DNA from: Octopus bimaculoides
Taxonomy: Eukaryota
Length of the DNA: 64,000 bases
Reading direction: 5' to 3'
NCBI RefSeq assembly: GCF_001194135.2
Contig: NC_068981.1
Location: 167,229,234 to 167,293,233, forward strand
The notes under the pieces were generated by a model. That model worked only from the letters and a program-made list of their open reading frames with translations. It was not told where the DNA came from and ran no database searches. A program made the translations under genes and the position numbers. Shown one piece after another: positions 12,708 through 24,635 of the stretch (its first letter is position 1; the number at the start of each line of letters is the position of its first letter).

Positions 12708-13150
12708 TACGAGGGGTTACCGAAAAGAAAGCGGAATTTTGCAATATTTTATTCACTCTATTTTACATGCTTAAATTTTTATCGTCTTCAAAGTATTCTC
12801 CCTTTGAAACAATGAATCGGTTCAGGCGCATTTTCCTCTATTCGAAACAGGGCTAGGACTCTTGCAGAGTGATACCTTTTAACGCCTCCGTCGTTTTTCT
12901 CTTCATCTCTTCCACATCTGCAAATTCCGTAGCACCAACTTTCGTCGCCACTGAGGACCTTTGAAAAGAGATCCGGATCAACTTCCAACTGTTCTTTCAG
13001 TTCAAGACATGCATTCGGTTGTGACTGCTTCTTATCTTGCGTGAGCAAGCGAGGCACAAATTGTGCTGTAACTCCTTTCATTCGCAATTCCTCGCTCAAA
13101 ATTCGTTGGCAGGAGCTCCAGGACACACCAGTGATATCAAGTTCGTCAAA
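12708..13150 (-). mobile_element. Mariner transposon remnant, internally deleted
   Basis: ORF 12788-13126 has RILSEELRMK..AQFVPRLLT (WVPRxL-like) and LFSKVLSGDESWCY. TA-CGAGGG terminus at 12708. Confidence 0.85.
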
Positions 13151-13151
13151 A

Positions 13152-13478
13152 ACGTAAAATTTTCACCGTTGAGATTATTTTGCAAGGACCTGAATAAATA
13201 AAAATCCGAAGGAGCAATGTCTGGTGAATATGGTGCAAAATAATCTCAACGGTGAAAATTTTACGTCTTTGAAGGACATAAAAACCACCTTAATGGGTTT
13301 TTTGCCAAGAAACTACCGAAACTCTGGGAAGACGGAATCTTTAAGTTCAAGTAAAGATGGAGAAAGGTTGTGCAACAAAATGGTTCATATTTAGTTGAAT
13401 AAATATCTGATGGCATAATTTTGCTTTGTCTTTTAATTTCCCTTAAAAATCGGCATGAAGTTCCTGGACAACCCAATA
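13152..13478 (+). mobile_element. Second mariner family: transposase C-terminus and right TIR, with an inverted YSPDLAP segment
   Basis: + strand 13234 onward reads LQNNLNGENFT...FFAKKLPKLWEDGIF..RWRKVVQQNGSYLVE*, and TIR GGACAACCCAATA ends at 13478. Minus 13152-13233 reads PYSPDIAPSDF..FRSLQNNLNGENFT. Confidence 0.85.
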
Positions 13479-14570
13479 GTTCCGTATTTTGTCAAAAGAA
13501 AAGGGATTTTCTTTTTGAAGGAAACACCATATCAGCAAGTGTCATCTGAAACTATGCGTCAATTACTGTTGCTTTTGCTGTTTACCCCAATGTCAGTCCT
13601 CGTCTTGCAAATCTAGTTTTAAAGACATTTCAGTCTTTTTCCCAGGCACACTTCAAAAGGCCACGTTATTCAACGTGCTTTTATTGCTCTTCTTCAAAGA
13701 ATGTGATATGAGGAAATTTTACTGCCATTTTTAGAAGATCGAGTGAATAAGAACAGGCTGTTTCGTGTCGGCTAGATTAATTTCATTTCTCTTATGTTAA
13801 ATTCAAAGGAAATCAAGCAGAATCAATTGTGCGTCAGATCATGTTTAGCATTAAATAATCACTGGCACCATACGATACACTGCCGTATCAACTTATCTCT
13901 AATATTTAAGCCTGAAGAATTATAGTATTATTGATGTACAGTTAGTATCGCTTGAGATTCAGATTTTTGCTTTCTGTAGTTTTGAGATAATTTTTTTCTT
14001 TAAGATCTCCAAAAACAAAGAATTTGATCAGCGGATTTTTTTTCCAGTGGAATTTATTGATTAGTTGTTTTAATATACCTTAGACTTATCGATATTTTGT
14101 TTCCATAATATTATATCTCTGCTAGAATGCCATATCGGTCTTAATGTTGTCATTTAGACACAAATCAGCCTTTAATGAACCGAAGAATAGCATTATCAAG
14201 TGCGACGTATATATTCACTCGCTATTCGTTTTATTATAAAATAAAAAAATTTAGGTTTTGGTCAACGAAAGCTTACAGATTGATTGCTATATTTATTGAC
14301 AATATTTTTACTAATATTTACAATTCAAAGTAGCAAGCATAGCCCTTAATCTTTTTTCAACTGAAGTTTGAATAATGAATAAATTAATAATCAGTAAATG
14401 TATACCTCCCACCCGATAAGTAATCAGTCAAAAATCTAGATCATTGCTGCCAAACATAGGACCAAACAGTGGCTTGTCTATCATCTGACGTACGGTGTGA
14501 CAGTGCAACGGTGTTAACTTTTACTATTCTTCAATCTGTTTCTCTACAGATGTAAGTTCTAATGGTAGCC

Positions 14571-14705
14571 ATCAATCATATAAAACAAATCAATCGCATA
14601 AGAAAGCTGTGGAAAGAGTACAAAGTCACGGCGGTGCTTCAGCATGACGGCAGCCGCATGGGTGAGATACACACACATACATATGTTTATACATAGAGAT
14701 ATACA
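14571..14705 (-). repeat. Inverted copy of 8906-9040
   Basis: About 95% identical to 8906-9040 in reverse complement. Confidence 0.9.
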
Positions 14706-15268
14706 TGTAAAAACAAAAGTAAATGAGTATATGCATATATACGTACAGGTATGTGCATACCGACATCCACCTGTATGTATAGGTGCATATCTGGGTACAG
14801 GACATTGCAAACAAACGTAGACGAGAACACACGAGCCACATAGAGAACATTCTACTTCATCAGCTACCCACGTTTTAACACCGGCGTTTCGACGAGCTTC
14901 GGGCAGGACGCAACGTTAAAACGGCTCGTCCCATGGATCGCAGATTAAATCTGTATACGCAAATTAAATCTAGCCATGGAGGAATGTAGTGGCGGACAAA
15001 AAACAAGACAGAAAAACAAACAGAAGGCTTTACGGCCAGACGAGAAAAATTATGTGTGTATGAACGCGATGAGGCACGGAACCGAGAGAGACANNNNNNN
15101 NNNNNNNNNNNNNNNCAAGGAAGGAAAGGATTATTGACCGGAAGCATGTGACCATGCCGGTGTAAAGGGAAGAGAGAGAGTGGTAGAGGGAGAAAGAGAG
15201 GGAGGAAGTAGAAGAATGGTGAGCAACGAGAGGAAAAAAGAAAAAGAGGAAATACGAGGGGGAAAAAA

Positions 15269-15381
15269 GAGATACGTAGTAGTAACAGAGGAAGAACAAG
15301 AGGGGTAAGGCGAGATACGTAGTAGTACAGAGGAAGAACAAGAGGGGTAAGGCGAGATACGTAGTAGTACAGAGGAAGAAC
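15269..15381. repeat. 42-43-bp tandem repeat, about 2.7 copies
   Basis: Unit GAGATACGTAGTAGT(A)ACAGAGGAAGAACAAGAGGGGTAAGGC starts at 15269, 15312 and 15354. Confidence 0.9.
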
Positions 15382-15386
15382 GAGGG

Positions 15387-15548
15387 AATGAATATGAGTA
15401 ATATTTACTCATCGATACAGTTAACTATACATGTACATATATACACATATATATATATGTATATGTACATGTATATACAGATACGTACGCGCGCGCGTGT
15501 GTGGTGTGTGTGTGGTGTGTGTGTGTGCGTGTGTGTGCGTGCGTGCGT

Positions 15549-15620
<72 letters not shown>

Positions 15621-15799
15621 ATAATGAAACTATAGTGGAGAATTCTCGACAGCAGAATGCTGAGACGAGTGGCTTTCCGCAGTTAATTGTAAACTACGTT
15701 GCTATAATTCCAAAGCCTGTCTGTTGACTCCTCTCCAATGTTCATAAAATGCATTCTAATGAATATGAGTAATATTTACTCATCGATACAGTTAACTAT
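15387..15799. repeat. Perfect 42-bp direct repeat flanking a microsatellite-rich block
   Basis: AATGAATATGAGTAATATTTACTCATCGATACAGTTAACTAT at 15387-15428 and 15758-15799. Confidence 0.9.
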
Positions 15800-16079
15800 G
15801 CTTTCCCTCTGCCCTTTTTATATCATGCCCTTATAATGGCTTCTTATTCAGCACATTTAAATCAGCTTATTGCCAAGGAAGACTCACTTTGCCACATGAA
15901 GACGCATCACTCATCCGATCTGACATCAATAACCCGTACATATGTGTGTGCGCGCGCGCGCGCGCGTGTGTTTCATAGGCACTAAAGCAGCCTACATTAA
16001 CTGAATGAAGGACTTAATACAAAAGTAACGACTGATATCTTTTAATGATACTATTATTACCTCATGCTCTGTATCTAGC

Positions 16080-16296
16080 GAGATTGGAAAGGAATCCTGT
16101 ACTATGAGCTTCTGCCAAGTAACCAGTCAATTAATTCTGAGAAGCACTGCTTGCAACTGGACGATTTAAAGGCGGCAATTCAAGAAAAACGTCCAGAATT
16201 GGCGAACAGAAAAGGTATTGTTTTCCATCAGGATAATACCAGACTTCACGTTTCTTTGGCGACCCGTCAAAAATTGTTGAAGTTTGGCCTGGATGA
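16080..16296 (+). mobile_element. Mariner transposase catalytic-domain fragment
   Basis: DWKGILYYELLPSNQSINSEKHCLQLDDLKAAIQEKRPELANRKGIVFHQDNTRLHVS matches the HQDNARPH region. Confidence 0.85.
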
Positions 16297-17166
16297 GTGA
16301 CGTCATTAATCTAGGGTATAATGAGTAGATAGCATACATGAGACTCATGGGAATATAGAACAGAATAACACTAACTTAGAACTAAATGAATAACTTACGA
16401 ACTTTGTGTTCCGTCACATGTACTTACATATTCACCTATCATGAAAGAGTTATCGTATGATAGTGTCAGTGGAATTAAAAGAAAAAAAAACTTGAATTCA
16501 TTGGCAGCTGTTGGTTTTCCATAAACATACTATATTCAGGCTTGCACTTTGGAGAAGAACTTTCTAGGTGCCAGTTCATAATTTCTCATGGTACAGGTCC
16601 ATGGAGGCTATCGATTTATTAAATGAGATAGTAGATATGTTTTGTATTTTCTCAAGTGAGAAGCACAACGGCATCATCGAAATATGAACTGAGGAGCCGG
16701 AGATTTTTTTCGTCGTAAGACACACACCTTGGACACTCGTATAAACACTTGTGATATTATATGTCACGACGAGTTATAAATTGTATGTATGTAAAGCAGA
16801 AATAAGTTGTAGGTTTAGAAGTCAATGTAACATAAGAAAAGAATTAACATTATATTTAATTATCTCATGGATCAATTCCAATATTCGTAGAATCTGAAAC
16901 TGATTGCATACTACAGATATATTATATTCAGAGTTTGGAAGGAAACTAATTCTATTAGATTGTTCAATTAAGAATCTGATCTTAAATTAACATTTCAAAC
17001 ATGAGAATATTTACAGGAAACCTGCAATCAGTTTGACTAAACATGAATTGCAACATAATATATTATATTCCAATATAGTTGGGGAAATTTAAGATCTTCA
17101 ACAATAATTTTGTCGAAGATTTTGCAAGTTTTGATAGATATTCACTCCATTATTTGTTTGGACAAC

Positions 17167-17370
17167 GGCGGCGGAGTAGCAGAATTGTTAGAAAATGTCT
17201 TGCAGTATCACTTCTGGCTTTTTACATTCTGAGTTCAAATCCTACCGAAGTCAACTTTGCTTTTTTTTTTCAGCGTCGATAAAATAAAGAACCGTTAGGT
17301 ATAGGGGTCGATATTATGGATAAAACCTTCCCCTCGAAATTGCTTGCCTTGTCCCTAAATCAAAAATCAT
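17167..17370 (+). mobile_element. SINE family A, diverged
   Basis: GGCGGCGGAGTAGCAGAATTGTTAG head, then TTCTGAGTTCAAATCCTACCGAAGTCAACTTTGC body. Confidence 0.75.
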
Positions 17371-17767
17371 TAATATTTTTACCATAAAGTTCCTAAGTAT
17401 TACAAAATCTCCATCGCACTTGATAATTTTTCAGGTACAGGAATTCCTTTGAAGGACAAAAATGAGTAGGTGGAATGTCAAGATAGCATAAGAATATATC
17501 CAACATTAACAATCACAAGATAACATAAGAACATATCCAACATTAACAATCACTCTGGCTACTTGTAATTTCGAGTTTAGAACCATCCATAATTAGCATA
17601 AAATTTCCCGAATTGTAAAGCAGAGTAATTGTATGCGTGTTACCAATTGAATAAACTTACCATTCCAATACGTCCTCTTGTTTGTTATTGTTGTATTTGA
17701 TGTTCGATTGTTAATGTTCAACTTTTAATATTCGATTTGACTATGCGTGGCTGTATGATAATAATCC

Positions 17768-17923
17768 TTAGGGTTTTAGGGTTAGGGTTAGGGTTATGAG
17801 TATTTTTGCCAAACCCAAACCCTAACCCTAACCCTAAAACTCTAATCCAAACCCTAATCCTAACCCTAAAACTCTAACCATAACCCTAACTCTAAAACCC
17901 GAACCCTAACCCTAAAACCCTAA
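17768..17923. repeat. Interstitial telomere-like repeats, (TTAGGG)n facing degenerate (CCCTAA)n
   Basis: TTAGGG units at 17768-17796; CCCTAA/CCCTAAAA units at 17812-17923. Confidence 0.85.
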
Positions 17924-18948
17924 AGTTAAAACCAGTACAAATGCACGAACAATGTCATAAATAACAGTACTGCCGATAGTTGTTGTTGACAAACAACAGC
18001 ACTAATTTTATTCAAAGGAAAAGATTCCATTACACCGCTAGAACGTCTTGTTTACATTCCACAGCAGTAATTGTTTTCACCTCAATAGACGTCAGTGATT
18101 GCTTGAAATTACCGAAATACGACAACTTTTAACATGAAATAACTTCGAATATGAAATTTTTTTCTCTGAAGACAAAATATACAAGTATACGAAGTTTTAA
18201 AGTGTTTCGGTAGAAAACACTAAATAAAACATAAACAAAAATTGGCGCCCGCCAAATCAGAAAGATCCCACATATACACATGGAGACACACATATCAGCT
18301 GAACGTCTATGTAGTCTTTGATTAGAGTTTCTTAACGATCGGGCAATCTTCAAATGCCACGTGAATAAAGGATACTTATTAAAAACACACCAGCAAAAAA
18401 AATCGATAACATGCTTAGCAATCACATTCAGATGTACAGATGAGTATATTACATACTTGAAATATCAATCACAAAACTCCAAATTAGAATCAGACAACAC
18501 ACCCTCACTCGTAACACCCAGCACTATCACTGAACCGGATTATTTTTCTTTTAAAAAGAAAGAACTTCATCCTTGAAACAACTATTTCAAGAACACCTGG
18601 TTGACGCAAATGTAAAAACAATAAATACATTCAACAAACTACATACATTGGGTAGTCTTTACTTTCTTCTCTATTTAAAATTCCGAAACATTAAATTAAC
18701 ACCAGGCGGCGAGCTTGTAGAATCGTTATTATTGTCCTTGTGTCAGAATCACATGTTCATGCGCGCGTGTATGCGTGTGCGTGCGTACGCGTGTGTGTGT
18801 GTGTGTTTGTATATATGTGTACCTGCATATAAGTCTATGTATGTGCACTAGTGTGTGAACATACCATTTTACAGTTTATATTCTTTAATAGACTAAGGCT
18901 TAGATAACACACTGGAAAGTGACCTGATATTGATTAAATCAATTAAGG

Positions 18949-19203
18949 CAGTAGTTCTCAATATAGACTTGATTCTAATTTTACTCTAGTGGACACTAAT
19001 TTTACTCTGGTGGATACTTATAACCATCCGATGTTTAGAAATCCTATTGTATTTTTATCAAATATTATTAGGAATTGTATTTAAAAAATTGTTAAAATAT
19101 TCGGTGTATTGTAGAAATATAAGAAATTTATTGCTCATAAATTTGAACAAAAAAACTTATATGGAACCCCAAGAGCCATATGGACCTCGATTGAGAACCA
19201 TTG
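18949..19203. mobile_element. hAT (Charlie-like) MITE
   Basis: TIRs CAGTAGTTCTCAA and TTGAGAACCATTG resemble the Charlie-type CAGTGGTTCTCAA. The 8-bp flanks AATTAAGG/ACTTGAAG match only 5/8. Confidence 0.55.
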
Positions 19204-20962
19204 ACTTGAAGAGTCTCAAAGTGGTTTCAACATGGCTGTTAGAAATAACGGCCAAATTTTCTTTAAACCACATCCTACTGTCTTAAACGAGGAAGAGCAT
19301 AATGGTTAATTCAGCTCTAGACATTTTATGCTTGAAAATAAGATGTGAGAGTCACAGCTAGATTGTCTTTGATAATAAATCTCTTTGATCAAGGCTGAAC
19401 GTAAAGTAAAGGATTAATTCTTCGGTATAGTTGTTTTACTGTTTCTAATTTTGAAATTAACTTTCATTTTGCAACGATTAAAAGAAATACTTCCCTGTTT
19501 ACTATAAGTATCTCATGTTTTTTGTTTTAAATAATGGAACAGTCTCCAGACAGTCATGCATAGAAACGAATGGTGATCATCGCAGAAATTAACTTAGCAC
19601 TCGACGAAAATAATTCACTAATCAGTCTTGATCCCTGGATGGTGCTAATTCATTTTAATTATGTTGTTAATAATGACATGCACATCATACATACTAATTT
19701 CTCCTTTTTCTTTAAAACCAGGGAGACTTGTATCTAAGTAAGAAGATGTAGGTCATAACTTTAATATATGTGCATAGATATTTGGATTTCCTTCAAGCCA
19801 GTTGTTATAATCTAATTCTGCCATATCAATAACCATAACTATCGCAGAATGACTAATAATTCATTTCTATTCGATTATCACCAACCCTATGGACGTAAAA
19901 GCATTGTATATCTAAAGAGTGTGGAGACAACGTTTATTCGATTTCTGTAGGTACCAAGAAAGTGTATTGTGTATTTCTACTAATCAAACTAATGTTCGTT
20001 GTGAGATTCAAAAATTTCGGAGGCAATACGTCAAAATGATGAATGAGAGACATGACATATATGCTGAGAGGAAAACAGTTTACTATTAAAAAAAAATTTC
20101 TATAGACCATCAATTGCTTCCACGCTATTAGGTTCGACAACCCGTGAGAAGAAACCGAATCCTAATAATTCTATATATTAAAGACAAATATGCCAACACA
20201 TATGCATATTGAGTAACACACGTTTACAATGGCATTTACTTATGTGTAACCTTAGCTATAGAATACATTTCTTTATATCTGCTTTTATCTATTTCTCGGT
20301 CTCTCACTCTTTATTGTAGTTGTAATAAAAGCGAAAAATTATGACGTTGGGATATTTAAGAGAAAATTTATGACTCATTTTGAAGAGATTTTGGACATTC
20401 TTGGGGTAGAATAAACGAAATTTTGCCCTTTATTGGTCAAACAAAAATTTTTAGATTCATGGGATTAATTTGATGCTATACAGTGGCAAAGCTTTTCAGT
20501 AAAATCTATCTTGAACGTCTGGATAACGTCATTTCTTGTGGGCATCGCGAAACGTTCATTGCTCGAGTTAACCGATAATTGAACTGGAATTGACTTCGAA
20601 GAAGCCTACATATAGTTGTGGGTAAAGCGTGTAAAATATGCTTGGATATTCCAATTGACTGATGAATGAAACCATATCTGTGAGGAATATTGTGTACCGC
20701 TATCCACTGGATATGATATAATATGTATGTAAGAAATGACATTGAATTATTTTATATTGTAACTATAGTTGACATATGGACATGGTTAGAAAATAATGAC
20801 AGCAATACAAGAAAAAGAGAGGAAATAGTAAGGGAATTTTTAAAAGATTCTTTAATTCGAGAAATGAGACATACTTAAAATGTTTCATCTCTTCATTACT
20901 TTAAACGACACGGTTGTCTATTTTATGGTATGACTGACTCAAACATTCAATATCTGAACTGC

Positions 20963-21069
<107 letters not shown>

Positions 21070-23476
21070 TCTCGTATATATCGTATTTCATTTCACAGAG
21101 AGCTCTACTGGAGATTTTTTTTTTAATATTCTAAACATGTTTTTCCATAAAAAGACTACTTCTGCAGCTGTTTTCAGCCGCGCTGATCTGTTAAGAAATA
21201 ATGAATTATATTTGATTATCGCACATTTTTGACGACTGCTCATTTTTTTACTTCCGATAAAGTATTGCTATCCTCTAAACGCACGCCAACTACAGACATT
21301 ATGTTTAGTATGTTTTTTCCAAGCACGTAATCAAACTGTAATCTTTCGGATTAGCAGTTGTAGTGAGAATTTTAGTTCTTAATTCCATTATCCATTCTGA
21401 TGTTGTTTATAAATCTTGTTGTTATAGTCTAGGTCAGTTCTGTTCGAGCCGATCTTCGATAAAAGGCTTTCCAGTTGTGATGATACTGCTAGTTTTTATT
21501 CAAGTAGAGTATATCTCGGATTACGATACATTATGATAGCAAAGATGCTCTTCCAAGGGTTAATTGTTCTGTTATCCTATATTTCATCCGTTTTTTTAAA
21601 CCAGAGCATTTTCGTGTTAAGACATCATGCATTTTTATATCTTTTGAAATAGTTTTCCGTTATTATTTTCATGTGTATTTATTATGTATGTTTAGTTTCC
21701 TGTAATGCAGTTCTATCCTTTAAATAGATATTTCTGTCTGAACAACCGCTCATGATTTTCAATTTCGCCGGATTAGTTTGGTTTTGATTTGCTTTCTCTT
21801 TTACTTCCGAAATATTTTTTTACTTACTATATTTTCTAAATATTATAACAATTTTTGTTTTCGTTGTTCAATTCTGTAAATCTTCTCTGCCCATATCACT
21901 AAATATTGACAGTTTCCATATTTTTCTATATTTTCTAAATCCGAGAGAAGCTGATATATTTTCTTAAAGGCGTACGTAATCATTTTAACGTGACGTGACA
22001 ACCTCTGCAGTATAGATTATCATGTTTTCTTTTTGATATTTCTGAACTTTTCTCTATACACTGATACTGATGTAACTGGACATATAGTTTTATCAGACAT
22101 TCATTGATGAAGATTATTTTAGAAACAACTTTTTCTTACTTGAACTCTCAAAAATTCGCCTATAGCCTTGTATGTCACTATTTTAATATCCTTTGTGTCA
22201 GCATTTTACTGCTTCAGGTTCACTGGTTTGTTGGTGAATTGCTTCTCGATTTGATACCAAAGAACGAAATAATTACAGTTGCTACTTCTTCTGCCACTCG
22301 CCGCTCCGTTTTCGTTTTCTTTTGTTTTCCTAGTTCATCTGGGCAGAAATCCTTCAAGAAAATCTTACTTCAACTCGTATAGAAATTGGGCTTTCTGCTC
22401 TGCATCACCAGTCTAATTTTCCTCTTTTATCTTTTTCACAATGGATTACATCTTTGGAACAATCTTATATTCTTCAGGAGTTACCAGTTCTTGTATTTCT
22501 CATGCATTTCCCATCCAACGATTTGCTATCTCGAAAGACCTCCTTGCTCACCACCTACCCGTACTGTGCTGCAAAAGTAGGTTAGAGGTTAAAGGTTAAG
22601 TCATTGCCAATATATCTTTGACTTTGCAATTTATATTCTGTCTCTTCATAGTTTCAGCCTGTGGGAAGGGATTTGTTGCATCATTCTACCCGTTGCCTTG
22701 CCGCCTTCTCAATTTTAAAGACTAGGCATATACTTCTATATGTTTTACTACGATAAATGGAACAGTCATCGTTCTACACATCGGCCTGGGCTTCTTCCAA
22801 CTGCTCTTTTGTGGGCATATGAAGGCCCTTCCGTTTTGGTAAAACTAAATTATGTTATTTCCCTCTTTGGTTGCTTCTAGTTGTATTCAAAGTTTTTATT
22901 CGAACTGGGATGTGCTTGATTTAAAATCTTTATCACTGCCATTAAAGAAGCCCACTTTCGTTTGGTGAGTTTTAACTTTTATTTCAACTCCCTGAAGTGG
23001 AGAACTGTCAGGTCTTAAATTTTGTTTTGTAAAATTCTGTTTTTACTCGAAAAAATAGGCATTCGTGAAGAGATACTAGTGTTTACCGTCTAGAAATGTA
23101 ATGCAGAGATAAAGAGAGAGCGTTTAAATGAAACCGAACTAGAGAGAGACAGAGAGATGCATAGGTCAGATGACTCTTTTATTAGGAACATTGCAGTAAG
23201 TACCATGGAAACAACATACGACGTTAGAAGGGAAACAAACATCCCTGTGTGTCTGTTTCTGATTTTAAAGAGAAAATAAAAACAATAACAGTAACTGTAA
23301 GAACAACATCAACGACAATAACGACAACAACAAAATTAGACGAGAACTTCGTTTGTTGCGATAACCAGATAAAGAATCTGAGTCACTCGATTGCCAGGAA
23401 AAAATATGTTAAAAATATAAATTACGCGCCCAAATTTGATGAAAGTTCTAATCACTAAGTTACAAAATACTCCATA

Positions 23477-23525
<49 letters not shown>

Positions 23526-23929
23526 AATTTTAAACATAGTATATAAGTATATAAACATTAATGGAAAAAAAACCTACTGTATCCCCTTCATCAACAACAC
23601 AAGTAAAATAACCCTTTGAAATTTGGTGGAAGGGATTAAATCGATTACATGCCTACAGGAAGTGTGGTCTTATAGTAAAATATATAACAAGAGGTAAGCG
23701 GCACGGGACAGGCTGTAACAGGAGCTAAAATTAGTTAGAAAAGTCGGTGGGACTGTAGCTCGGCACCTTGAGAAGCAGGTCCATGTTCAACAGAATCGTG
23801 GAATTGTGGATAGACAGACTGATTGAATTGCTCGGTGTCTGTTATGGTTTTGATCTCCAGGTGGAAAAAAATTGGAACAAGGTGACTTTCAGAGTAGTGT
23901 GGTAAGATCTCTATTAAAAAAAAAAAAAT

Positions 23930-24112
23930 GCCAGGTAAAGTGCTTAGCGGCATTTCGTCTGTCTTTACATTCTGAGTTCAAATTCCGCTGAGGTCGACTT
24001 TGTCTTTCATTCTTTCGGGGGCGATAAAATGGCTACCAGTGAAACAGTGGGTCGATGTAATCGACTAGTCCCCTCCCACGAAATTTCAGGCCTTGTGCCT
24101 ATAGTAGAAAGG

Positions 24113-24186
<74 letters not shown>

Positions 24187-24635
24187 GGCGGTGAGCTGAC
24201 AGAATCGTTAGCACGCCGGGCGAAATGCTTAGTGGTATTTCGTCTGTCGCTACGTTTGAGTTCAAATTCCGCCGAGGTCGACTTTGCCTTTCATCCGTGC
24301 GGGGTCGATAAATTAAGTACCAGTTGCGTACTAGGGTCGATGTAATCGACTGCTTCCTCCCCCAAATTTTCAGGCCTTGTGCCAATAGTAGAAAGGATTA
24401 TTATTATCAAGGCGGCGAAATGGTAGAATCGTTTGCATGCCGGACAAAATATTTGGCGGAAATTTTTCGGGCTCTCCTTTTTGAGTTCAAATTTTGCCGA
24501 TGTCGACTTTGCTTTTTAACCTTTCGGCTTCGATAAAATAAGTAGCAGTTGAGTACTGGGGTCGATCTAATCGACTGGTTTCCCACCCCCAAATGTCAAA
24601 CCTTATGCGTTTAGTAGAAAGGATTATTATCATTA
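23930..24635 (+). mobile_element. Three head-to-tail SINE family A copies joined by (TTA)n tails
   Basis: Copies at ~23930-24113, 24187-24396 and 24411-24622; each has GAGTTCAAATT..GTCGACTTTG..GTCGATGTAATCGACT..AGTAGAAAGGATTATTA. Confidence 0.9.

Noticed and set aside
14845-14930. Hammerhead-like words on minus (CGAAAC, CTGATGA) inside a 9-bp inverted repeat CGTTTTAAC/GTTAAAACG
   Set aside because: The order and pairing do not give a valid core: CTGCCCGA instead of CUGANGA, and G at position 17.
15269-15381. Short regular repeats as a possible CRISPR array (also 52308-52386)
   Set aside because: No unique spacers, no cas genes, animal context.
22000-23100. Strand-asymmetric, coding-looking stretch on minus
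   Set aside because: Many stops and no motif I can assign; possibly an old LINE ORF1, but unsupported.
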